In this document: positions 51,109 through 64,000 of the stretch, piece by piece
Layout: each line of letters starts with the position of its first letter
Position numbering within the stretch: the first letter of the stretch is position 1
Assembly: GCA_038087875.1 (NCBI GenBank)
Contig: CM075991.1
Coordinates: 10,232,001-10,296,000, forward strand
Direction: 5' to 3'
Source: Malacoraja senta
Lineage: Eukaryota
Length of the DNA stretch: 64,000 bases
Notes under the pieces: model-generated
What the model was told of the DNA's origin: nothing
Database searches by the model: none
The model's input: only the letters and a program-made list of their open reading frames with translations
Program-made: the position numbers and the translations under genes

Positions 51109-53821
51109 CTGGGCACACAAAGTTTCATGCATGTCACTTTTCAACCAGAATTACCTTGTGCAAATTGTGCAAAAAAAACTACAAAACAGAATGGAACAGA
51201 ATCACATATTCACATATTCCATATTTGTGGGAGGAAAAAAAAAGAAGAAAAAACAGCGATTTTAAAAATACACCACACAACAGTAAACACCAGTAAACAC
51301 TGAATTCTCCAATTTTAGAGAACTGATCTACAGATCCCCCCCCACCCCAACACAATTTAAAATCAAATTTTAAAACTTTTTTTCCCCCTTCACCCCCTTC
51401 ACCCCTCGTTTTCCCCCTTCACCCCTCGTTTCCCTGTGCCCCAGGTGAATTTGCATCTATTTCTCCTTTTCCACCTCCCCCAACCCCCCTCTACCTATCT
51501 ATATTCCTTCTTCACAAATCGCACCTCTTCCATCCTTACCTCACAATTCTAGCCAACCACCTGCGTATTTACCTTATGGCTCCCTCCCCCCCCCCACAGA
51601 AAGGGTCCTGACCCTACATGTCAGGTCTCTAACATGTCCCTACGTGTCAGGCCACGGGTACCTGCTCCATGGTCAAATAGTCAGCGACCAAACCGTCTCC
51701 CCCACCTGGTTTGACAGGTGAGGAGGGGGCTGTGGACCCCCAGCGGGACCAAAAACAAGCGCGAATGAGTTCCTAGCGAGCCAACGGCCGTCCACACTTC
51801 AGTAGAAGTTGCGATCACTGTTGGACATAGCATTGTAAGGCACCGTGCCCGTCGGAAACCAGCACCACTGCGTCGCTAATGTTTTCAACGATTTAATAAA
51901 TAATAAATAATGACCCTAAACGTCACCTATCCATGTTCTCCAGCGATGCTGCCTGACCCGCTGAGTTACTGTGTGTCTTTCTTAGGGAATCAAACTCTGT
52001 CTAGCATAGAATGAGAGAGCAGATGCGCTCTCTCAAAGTCAGAGTTAGAGCCAGACGACGAGGCCTTCCTGCCTCTGGTCTTTAGTAAAATAAACCGATG
52101 TGATTGAGGTGCTGCAGTGTGAACTACATGCTGTAGACACAGAGTGCTCAATGCAACGAGTTCACACACGGTGCAACAATGAATTATCTCGCAGCGTCCT
52201 GTGACTCTGTAACAACTTCAATTTATCTTGTACCATAAAGAGAAATATATTGTCAGACACTCTGCAAGAGTCTTTAGCCACAGCCAGTTTACAAGATGCC
52301 CCTGGCAGGAGTCTGCAAACTTACTATCCAGCAGCCTCATGTGCACAGTTCTACACACAGGGAACTGAATCAAAGTGATGGGTCTGGCTGGTGTATGAGC
52401 TCCTGAATGAACAACAGTGAAGAAGCAAAATAAGAAAGTCCAAAGTGCTTTATTGTTATATGTACCAAGCAGAACAATGAAATTCTTACTTGTAGCATCA
52501 CAAACAGGTTTGTAAAGGTTTGTACATTTGTAAATGCCTACTATACTCTGATGTGCTGTTGTGTTGTGTTCCTATCTGGGACACTTGACAATAAACTCTC
52601 TTGAATCTTGAGTACTCAATAGCTAATGTAATAAACACACATTAAAAATGTTCAATAAATAAATAAACCTACGTAGTGCAAGAAACAAAACAAAGCCCAG
52701 TCCTGAATGCAACCAAGGAAATTTGTAGTTTAGTTGGAGAATGTTCAATAGCCTGATCGCCGTTGGGTAGAAGCTGTTCTTGAACCTGGACGTTACAGTT
52801 TTCAGACCTACACCTTCTTCCCGATGGCAAGAGTGAAATGAAAGCATGGCCAGGGTGGTGTAGGTCCAGCAGAGAGCAATGGAGGTGGGTCAGAGAATAG
52901 GCATTCAAGGTCAAGGTTATGAACTTGGGAGATGAAGAAGCTGGGGGCAATGTTGTTTTTTGTCCGGGTTAAGTCACCATGGAAAATTTGCAAACTTAAA
53001 ACTGCTTTGCAAGCAAAATATAGTCTGTGGATACGGTGAATCTGCAGCAGTGTCACACGATGAACATTCTCACAGGTGAAGCTCCTTGTTCTGAATGACT
53101 GTTACAAAATGGGTTGGGTGTGGATATATTTACATTTTGTCTCAATACAGTGCATCTTGTGGAAGTAAAACTAGGTTCAATAAGAATCATCCGTATCTGT
53201 TCCATACCGTGAGATTTTAGGGAAAGTACGTCAACTTGGACTGAAATGCTCGTGTTTTATGGCAACCTGTTAGATGGAATCTGGTAGAAACTCCACAGAA
53301 AATGTCGCTGGTCAATATTTCATTTTTACTTCCTGGTAAACTTGACAGCTCAATTCAGTGCTGAATAAATTATGGCCACCTTCACCCAAACTTTAAAAAA
53401 AACATATACTGTGAAGTAAAATTTGACATATTGAATTCACTGTGTTGATTTATACGAGACTAGATTTCACACAGTGTTTCTGTGCCTGTTGCAGTGACTG
53501 CTACCGTTATCAAAGTAAACCGGTCAATCTTTTCCCGTCATCCCAAGAGTTTAAACATATCTTAAGTATGTTTAGAGTCTACGTGTGCAATCTTATCAGC
53601 AATCAATGTGCAATCAATCTTATCTATTTGCATTTCCTGTACAGCTGTGCTGGAGTTCAGTTCAGTACAGTTTAGTTTATTGTCACATAGAAAATAGGTG
53701 CAGGAGTAGGCCATTCGGCCCTTCGAGCCGTATGATCATGGCTTATCATCCAAAATCAGTACCCCGTTCCTGCTTTTTCCCCATATCCCTTGATTCTGTT
53801 AGCACTAAGAGCTAAATCTAT

Positions 53822-54138
53822 AGCCCGTCCCACTTTCCTGAGTTACTCACAAATTCTTCCGAGTTTTCCCCTTGCTTCAAACTCGGAGAATGTCCGTAGT
53901 GAGTCCGTAGGAGGCCGTAAGCGCCCGTAGATATTTCGTAGCGGTTCGTAATGCCAGCTGTAGGTACTCGGGGCATCAGGTAAGTCGGGACGTTTATTCA
54001 GCATGTTGAAAAATGTCCACGAGTAAAATAAATAGCCCCAAGTACCTACGGCTGGCTATTACCGTAATTCTCCGAGTTTGAATCAAGGGGAAAACTCGGG
54101 AGAATTCGTGATTAACTCGGGAAAGTGGGACTCGGGCT
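53822..54138. mobile_element. Harbinger-type MITE in a CR1 tail (un-nested relative of 7880-8502)
   Basis: AGCCCGTCCCACTTTCC...GGAAAGTGGGACTCGGGCT, right flank TAA. Confidence 0.85.
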
Positions 54139-54374
54139 TAACTCTCTCTTGAAAACATCTTCCCCACCACCGATGTAAGGCTACGTGTGCTGAGGTGCAA
54201 TGAAATGCTTTTGTTGTGTGCTAGCCAGTCAGCAGAAAGACAATACCTGGTTACAGTCAAGTGAATCAGCATCAAGGTAAAGAGGCAAAGGCTGCTCACT
54301 CAATGTTCTCAAATGGGCAATGATCCTCCAATATAACATTTAAAATTGCTTCTTGGAATAAGTAACTCTAGACT

Positions 54375-54657
54375 TTAGAGCTACAGTGTGGAAACAGGCC
54401 TTAAGCCCACTGAGTCCGCACCAACCACCCCGTACACTAACACTATCCTACAAACACCAGGGGCAATTTTTACTGAAGCCAATTAACCTACATACCTGCA
54501 CATTTTTAGAATGTGGGTGGAAACCGGAGCATCCGGAGGAAATCCACGTGGTCACAGGGAGAACGTACAAACTCCATACAGATAGCACCCATAGTCAGGA
54601 TCGAACCCGGGTCTCTGGCGCTGGAAGGCAGCAACTCTGCCGCTGCGCCACCGTGCC
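54375..54657 (-). mobile_element. V-SINE (HE1-like)
   Basis: Box A/B, V-domain, CR1-like tail on the minus strand. Confidence 0.85.
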
Positions 54658-55285
54658 GTCCAAACCTTAGAGGAGATTTTGCAATGCACTTTTAAAAGCA
54701 TGCAGCTAACCTAGATCATCCTCCCAAGTTGACAGCAAATAAACTAACGTATTGTTTATTTCTTATTATTCATGCAATGAAGCCCCAAAACTTAGCACGC
54801 CTATCCAGTATCTTCCTTTTTTCAGTTGTTATGGGTCTGATTCATTTTGGAAGTTAACATCGGGTAGCATTAAGAATGCTCTTTGCATTTTTCAGCTGCC
54901 CTATTTAAATGATGGATGTTAACAAACGCTCAAACATTCTGAAATATAACTTTTCACATGGTTTTAGTCTGTGGAGAAAAATTATCAGGAACATTTAACA
55001 TGACACAAGCAGGTGCCCATGAAATTAAAAAAGTGGTGGAAATTATAACTGAATTCTAACATGATGTATTTTCATCTGCTGCTTATAACTCAAAAAGGTA
55101 TGATTTAAAATGCTAGTCTTAATTGCCCCATCTTTCCATGCTAATAATCAATTGAAGTTCTGCTTCCAGATATTTTTCACATTTCTATCCAAATGACTAG
55201 ACCAGGGAGAGTGATGCTACAATATACATTCCTCCCTGCATCTCACCTCCTAAATTGAACAAATCCTGAGGCTGGATACTCCTAA

Positions 55286-55617
55286 TGGGCCTGTCCCACT
55301 TACTAGACTTTTTCGGCGACTGCCGGCACCCGTCATAGGTCACCGAAAATTTTCAACATGTTGAAAATTCAGCAGCGACCAGAAAGACGCTCCCACTCTT
55401 TGGGTGACTGAGGAGACTACTCACGACCTCACAGGCGACACCCTGGTGACATGTCGCGGGGTGAAGCCTGTATGGTCGTGAGTAGTCGCCTAAAGAGTCG
55501 TACCTTGTTCTGGTCGCCGCTGGATTTTCAACATGTTGAACATTTTCGGAGACCTGCTGCGACTATGACGGGTGCCGGCAAGTCGCCTAAAAAAATCGCG
55601 TAAGTGGGACAGGCCCA
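55286..55617. mobile_element. Harbinger-type MITE, different internal family
   Basis: TGGGCCTGTCCCACTTA...TAAGTGGGACAGGCCCA, TSD TAA. Confidence 0.9.
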
Positions 55618-55911
55618 TAAGTTCATGATTTATAGGAGCAGAATTAGGTAATTCAGCCCATCCAGTCGACTCCACCATTCAATCATGGCAAATCTATCTT
55701 TCCCTCTCAACCCCATTCTCCTGCCTTCTCCCTGTAACCCCTGACACTCAAGTCATAAACCTTGCTTATAAACTAATATGCTTTCAACATCCTGATCCAA
55801 CATTAAAAAATGAGGTGAATACATTTTTGTAGGATACAGAAGATCAAAACTCAATCATAAAACAAAATATCTTTGAATTTATCTAAGATCCTGCACATTA
55901 TTCCAAATTCA

Positions 55912-56301
<390 letters not shown>

Positions 56302-58147
56302 TTACAAACATATTAACAGATTAACTCCCCAGGTTAATTCCTAAGTTAATAGTTTAGTTTAAAGATACAGCGCGGTAACAGGCCCTTGGTCCACCAACCA
56401 GTGATCCCCGCACACATTAACACCACCCCACACGCACTATGGACAATTTTACATTTTGTGCCAAGCCAAACCTGTACATCTTTGAAGTGTGGGAGGAAAC
56501 TGAAGATCTCGGCGAAAACCCACACAGATCACGGGGAGAACGTACAAACTCTGTACAGACAAGCACCCAGTCAGGATCGAACCCGGGTTTCTGGCACTGC
56601 TAGGCAGCAACTCCACCGCCACGTTACAATAAACTACAGATACTGGGATCTTGAGCACCTTGCGATTCGCCTGAGTTTATAGGCTATTGGATTGAGGGTT
56701 TGCCATAAAAGTCTCAGCGATCCAAACATTTCTTTCTTAATTTTAATAATCTTTAATTTTGTGTTTTTTTACAATTTGCAAGTAATTATCATTTGCAGCA
56801 TAGAATTCTCCGCCTTCAGAAATAGTGTCCATTCTGGTTTATCATAAATTAGTGACAAATATGAATTTTTCTAAATGTAATCACTGGGTACAATTTTCAG
56901 TTTTGGCCCGGTGGTGTTCAAAGTACTTCTGTGTACCCTGGGCTCATGGGCAACAGCAATAATTGGCAGCAGTAATGAGCATCCAGCTGTGGCCTAACTA
57001 GCATCATCTGGATCATCCATATTCTGTGCTTCGACTAATAAAGAAGAACATCTTGTAATGTACAGGAAGGAACTGCAGATGCTGGTTTAAAAAGAGTTTG
57101 CCTTTCCCCTGACTCTCAGTCTGAAGAAGGGTCTCGACCCAAAATGTCACCTATTCCTTTTCTCCAGAGATAGCGTCTGACCCGCTGAGTTACTGTAAAT
57201 TACTCCAGCTTTTTGTGCCTGTCCTGTAATGTATCTTCATCTCCATTAACATGCTCCAGGGTTCTTCTATTCCTCCACATCTCTCAGTATCTTCCCATTG
57301 ATTACATAGTCCCACGACTTGTTTCAATTCGCTGAATGCCTCACCTCACACTTTTCTGGATTAAATTTTATTCGCCTTTTACTTTGCTACATGACGAGAC
57401 TATCTACATCTTCTTACAGTCTAAACCTCTCGTCCTCGCTGTCAACTATACAGCCAATATTTTATCAAGTGCTAATTGTTTTATCATACCATGTGCATTG
57501 AAAAAGAGTCGGGGTCATACAGCATCGATACATGCCCTTTGGCCCAACTTGCCGTGCCAACCAAGATGCCCCATCTACACTAGTTCCACTTGCCTACGTT
57601 TGGCCCATATCCCTCTAAACCTGTCCTATGGTTTCTAAATCTAAATGGAATCCAAAGCATCATAAATATAAAATTCAAAAGGCAAACGGGCTGAGCACTG
57701 TGGCCTCTCTCACCGTTAATAGCGTTTAGTCACAAAAGCACCTGTCAACTTGTGCTCTTTTCATCCTGTCACTGACTCAAATTTGCTGCTCTCCTTCGGA
57801 TCCCATGGGTTTGCGTCATATTTAACACACTACTAATAGAACAATGTCAACAGCCTTGCTAAACTCCAAGTAGACTACATCACACGTTGCCCTTGTCAAC
57901 TCTCGTTTCCTCCAAATCAAATTAGCAGGCATTTCCTTTGTAAATCCAAGCTGACAGTCCTTGAATAACCTGTGCCTTTCTGCATTTAGGTGTAGGTTGC
58001 TTCCTAAATAATGTGTCTGACGGTGAAGTTAAACTAACTGGCCTGTAGTTACTCGGTTATTCCTTTTAAAATAAAACATCAGCAGTTGTTCAGTTCTCTG
58101 GAACCACTCATGTAACCAATGAAGCTTGGAAAATGGACAGAACCTTA

Positions 58148-58546
<399 letters not shown>

Positions 58547-59329
58547 CTATAATCAATAGACAATTGATAGAAAAAATGACGTTAACATTTTAAAACTCTG
58601 CATTACCAAAGTCAGTAGTTCGTCAACATCTAAAAGACGAGCATCTAATCATCAAGAAATAATTGTCATTTGAAGGACGACTAGGGGAGAGTAGACGGTG
58701 AAAGAAAAACTGCTTATGGAGGAAAAGGGGTACCAGGCTAAAAGTGCATCTTGGAAGGAATCACTAAAATGTTTCCCACAGATCACAGAACAATACCACA
58801 CAGGAATAGGCCCTTCAGCCCACAATGTCCATGTCAAACGTGATGCAACGTTAAATAACAATTTTTGAATTGTAGTTGATTTCTCATGAAAAGAAAGCAA
58901 ACCAAAGAGAACACAATCCTTGTCCTTGAAAAAGGTTCACAGTTTAATTAAGGGGAGAGTTTAGATTCTACAGTGCAAGAAAGCAATGTAGATCCTAGGA
59001 ATTGATGATGCTGTTAATAAAAAAGACACACAAAATGCTGGAGCACCTCAGCAGGTCAGGCAGCATCTCTGGGGAACATGGATAGGCGACATTTTGGATT
59101 GGGATCCTTCAGACTGATCGCAGTAGGGGGGGGGGGGGGAAAGAAAGCTGGAAAAGAGGTGGGGCCGGACAAAGTCTGACGGGTGATAGGTAAACAGGCA
59201 CAAAATGGTGGAGTAACTCAGCGGGATCATCTCTGGAGAAAAAGGTAACGTTTCGGGTCGAGACCCTTCTTCAGTCTGAAGTGTCCCCGACTCCTTCTCT
59301 CCAGAGATGCTGCCTGACCCGCTGAGTTA

Positions 59330-59547
59330 AGGGCCTGTCCCACTTTCACGACCATTTTTTACTCGTGGACATTTTTCATCATGCCAGAAAAAAACGCCCC
59401 GACCTACTTGATGCCACGAGTACCTACGACGAGCATCACGGCCTGCTACGACCTACCTACGACCTTGTGACGACCATGCTGCGAGTATGAGTCAAGGGCA
59501 AACTCGGCAGAGGTCGTGAATTAGGTCGTGAAAGTGGGACAGGCCCT
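59330..59547. mobile_element. Harbinger-type MITE, 218 bp, in a Penelope-derived repeat
   Basis: AGGGCCTGTCCCACTTTCACGACC...GGTCGTGAAAGTGGGACAGGCCCT, TSD TTA. Confidence 0.92.
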
Positions 59548-59835
59548 TTATTCCAGCATTTTGTGTTTATCTTCAGAGTAAACCAGCATCTACAGTTCTT
59601 TCCTGCACAAATGATAGGTGGATGCAGGTGACAACGTTTTTCTGATTAGCAGATGGTTGGACAAAGGCCAGAGATGAACAGACAAAAAGTGTTAGATAGC
59701 AAAGCAGGGACATTCAAGTTGTGTTTTTATGTGACAGATGAAGGGTTTAATTTAGTTTAGTTTAGAGATACACTAACGTTTCTCAGGACAATTACAAAGC
59801 AGCGTTGTTGTATGCCTGGAACCATGGGAATATCA

Positions 59836-60306
<471 letters not shown>

Positions 60307-61205
60307 CTACCTCAACAGAGACCCACGGACTATCTTTCATCGGACTTTACTGGACTTTATTTTGCACTAAACGTTTTTTGCGTTATTCCCTTTATCATGT
60401 AACTGTACACTGTGGATGCCTTGATTGTAATCATGTATTGTCGCTCCGCTGACTGGTTGGCACGCAAGCAAAAGCCTATCACCTTGTACACGTGACAATA
60501 AACTAAACTAAACTTAAACTCATATCGCCACTTGCTCGTGTTAGGTTTTACTTGCAGACCCACAGAGAGCGTTCAGACACATATCTCCCGCCAGCTCACC
60601 CAGAGTAACAGCTGGTATATTTAACAATTGCGGATTGACCACCACAGCGCCTCCTGGCTTTCCCTCTGTGCCACCCCGATGTAACATCTTACATTGACGT
60701 TAGCAACCTGCTACAAAGCTGACCCCGAGTCATGGACTGTAGAAGCCTATAGGCAGTGTGGTGCAGGTAAATCAGACTAGGATTCATGTACAGTTCTGAT
60801 GACTACAGGCAGTCACTTCGTTATACCCCAGCAGAAGAGAACACTGTTGGAGATGGGAAGTGGAATACACCCCAGGGAGCAGAGTGCAGCCTCAAATTAA
60901 TTTGATGAGTGTGCAGTCAAAAAATTTATAAAATCCTCAAATTTAATCAATGTCATAATTTTATTTAATCCCAAACCAAATATGAATAAAATCCCAGAGA
61001 TTACTGAGGGAAAGAAGTCCAAAGGGTGGGAAAATGGCTTAGAGCTCTCACAACCATTTTAATGGTGAATTGAATTGTCAAAGAATGTTAGTAGGATTGC
61101 ATTTGTACCCTGCTTAGCACGACCCCAGTTATTGTAGACTCCAGTCCAGAAACCTCACTGAACATTAAAATAATAATCTGCGTGGAATGCATCTTGCTGT
61201 GCTGG

Positions 61206-61485
61206 TGTGGCGTCAGCTAATACACAGACCACTTATGGTCGAACCCTCGTCAGTAGCTACTAGGGCTGGCACGTGACGTCACGGCCTAGGGGGAGTGTCC
61301 TGCTACTTAAGCTAATCTCACCTCGAGAGTCAACAGGTAGCTGAGCCCGAGAGAACAACCTCGCTCAGCTACAGCAGCAATGATAATTACTTTAGCGGAC
61401 CAACTTAACATGTAACACCTGAATAGCACTACTGTTTGAACCTGCCTGACGTCTGGCCTTATTCACCACGTTTGGTGCTGCTACA
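61206..61485. mobile_element. Candidate solo LTR, 280 bp
   Basis: TGT...ACA termini with 7/10 inverted match, 4-bp TSD CTGG, internal CACGTGACGTCA motif. Confidence 0.55.
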
Positions 61486-64000
61486 CTGGGAACTTATTGT
61501 TGCTGCTCATTGATGTGCCAGGAAATGGGCAGGCTGGGATCCTGGCACAGAACCTGTTTGCTGCCAACAGATCGCACAGCAATGAATCGCCCAACAGCTC
61601 AGTGAGGAGAGGCTGGTATTGGGCACAGGAGGACAAGCGGCGTGGAACCTCAGCCCCAAGATGTCACCCACCTGCACGAGGCCTCAATGGCCAATTAATC
61701 GTGCAATCCGCACACCTTTTGGGAGGAAACCCGAGCACCTGGGATACCCCCTTGTGAGTTTGGCGAGAACGTGCAAACTCCACACAGACAGCAACGTGCA
61801 AACTCCACACGATCAGCCCCCCCAAGGATCAAACCAGGGTCGCTGGAATCATGAGGCAGCGACATAAAGTGTGGAGCCATCTAAAAAAAAAAGAGTGAAT
61901 GTACTTAATGGAAGTGCATACAGTGACTGCCAACAGTGAGAGGTAGTGAGCTCCATGGAAAAGATAATATGTTCATATTCACCAAACACAACTTAACAGC
62001 CACACACTGTAGACAATGCAAATGACTCTACAATGCAGGACTAATTTCTTCGTAGCAGCTGCAGATTAAAAAAAATACTTCTGGAACCCAAAATGGCTAG
62101 TTCTGCATCTTATCTTCAAAGCCCAGCGCTTATTAGCAGTGTGTCAGGTCAGAACTATTGAAATTTCCAATGGTTCAATATATTTCTCTCAGTAAACGCT
62201 TTCTGCAAACGTGTGACTATCATCGTTCCGTGCAGACCCATTTCTAGAATGATCTCGTTTAAGCAAAGATCAAACAAATTCTATATGGAATAATTACAGC
62301 CCAAAAAACAAGTGCTTGAACTTGGCCAATGCAAGAGGGTGGCAAAACTGGACAGAATTTATTCAGCTGAAGAGAGACGATCTAACATACTGTTGCAAGA
62401 CGCCATTTCAGGACAGCGAAACAATGACCTACCCCCTCCACCGTCAACTCTTCTTTCCACTTGACAAGATAATTTTACTGCGCGTTGACCATCTGTGCTT
62501 CTGCTAAGAGTCAACATTCTGTGCCAGCCTGATCAGCCTGTTGGTACTTGACAAAAATCACTAACTCCCTGGGCTTATTTCTGCACGAGACTGTTATTCG
62601 CTTTCCTCTTCTCCGTTCTGCCATCACTAGATACCATAGGTGGTGCTTGCTGCCCAGGAATAAGCTAAGAGTCAATACTCTGAGGAATAAATGAGGGGAT
62701 TAAATCGAGAAGAAAATCGTCCCACATTAAAGAGTATTGGTCCAAGTGCGAATTTTTATTTTCACAAAACAAATTGGTTCAATTTAATTAACTACACTAA
62801 CTGATGATACATTAAAGCAATGATATCAAGGACAGCAGACAGCGCTTGCTTTGACGATATCAACTGAGAGAATGGCCATTTTTGCATGTTAAAGGCATGA
62901 TTTGCAGTAATACGGCTGGGAGCTGCAATTCATTAGTTACACCACTATCCACTAATGGGCACAATCAGTGCAGCAGCATACTTCGATATTGAAAAAGGAG
63001 ATCTCAACCTAATTTAACCACTCGGTTGTGTCTCTTTGATTTAATGGGCTCTATACCTTATTCCAACATAAAATGCATTGGAGCTTTGATGATGAGCCTC
63101 ATTAAAGCGCATCGCAATGGACAAACAGAAAATGTGCGACAAGGGATTGGAGTATAATGAGGTAAATGTTCAGTGTTCAGGGTAATGAAAACCATCAGTA
63201 TTGTATGTTTAAGTGGTAAGATCATGAATTCCTGAGAGTGGGATTTAATTTGAAGTGCTGAAATCCAACATTGAGTAAGTGGCGAGTGGCTTTATCACAG
63301 CACGGCACAAGTGACAGCGAAAGGATTTGGGCCATTGTGCACACCCAGAAGCTGCAGCAGTTTGAACGGTTAAAGCTGAATGAAGAAAACAGCAGCAAAC
63401 ACTGGTAAACAACCTGCTCTTTGCCCAATGGGGGAGAGCTTGTAAGATTACTTGGGAGCTGAACAATAAAAGAATCCCAGCCCTCAGCAAGGCTTCCTTA
63501 CTGAAAACAAGAATACACTGGCTTGGAAATCACAAAGGGGGTTGATTTGGTCCCTGCACGGCAACAGTCCTGCGTATCTTATTACATCTGACTGCAAAAA
63601 GATCGCTACCTTCCCCAACCCTTCCCTCTCCCCCTCGACAAACGAGCCGCCTCTGACATGGTGGATATTGACCAACATCTTAATGCAGCTAGTTTAACCC
63701 AAGTGGAACAGAATAATCGAATGCCCTGAGGGATGAATCAATCACTCCTCTACGTAACCAGAGTGTTTTCAATCTGCTGATTTTAAACAGCCTGCAATAA
63801 CCAAGCACCTGGTAACAAAAAGAAACAGCAAGGTATACATTTTAGAGGAATCAAAATGATTTAATGGAGGTGATTAACAGCGGCTTTCTTCTGAGCAATA
63901 CATTCAGTGCAGGAGACAGTATTTTCTGACGACAACCACTGTGAGATGCTGCATGATGTCATTCAGCTTTAATAACAAGGACAGTACAATCACCCTCTGG

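Overview
Eukaryotic, repeat-rich genomic DNA, most likely from a cartilaginous fish (skate/ray). That assignment is inferred from the dense V-SINE/HE1-like SINEs, CR1/HER1-like LINEs and Penelope-derived repeats. The minus strand carries the last 8 coding exons of KAT6A (MOZ/MYST3 histone acetyltransferase; 60112 to stop at 37851), all with GT-AG boundaries in compatible phase, followed by a TE-free 3'UTR of about 2.6 kb. Further along the minus strand is the distal first coding exon of ANK1 (19705-19580, MAQAAKQLKK...RKKK) with a GC-rich promoter region, the same KAT6A-ANK1 order as in human. The last KAT6A exon contains frameshifts, which are probably assembly indels, and a long polyQ tract. 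The rest is a nested mosaic of mobile elements: CR1, L2, Rex1/Babar and L1/Tx1 LINE fragments, V-SINEs, Harbinger-type MITEs (TWA TSD), a hAT-type MITE and a candidate solo LTR. Most notable are many short Penelope-derived fold-back elements carrying a minimal hammerhead ribozyme core; at least one inserted independently with a 13-bp TSD. There is a 200-N assembly gap at 17660-17859. Human comparisons are from recalled knowledge, not from a search.
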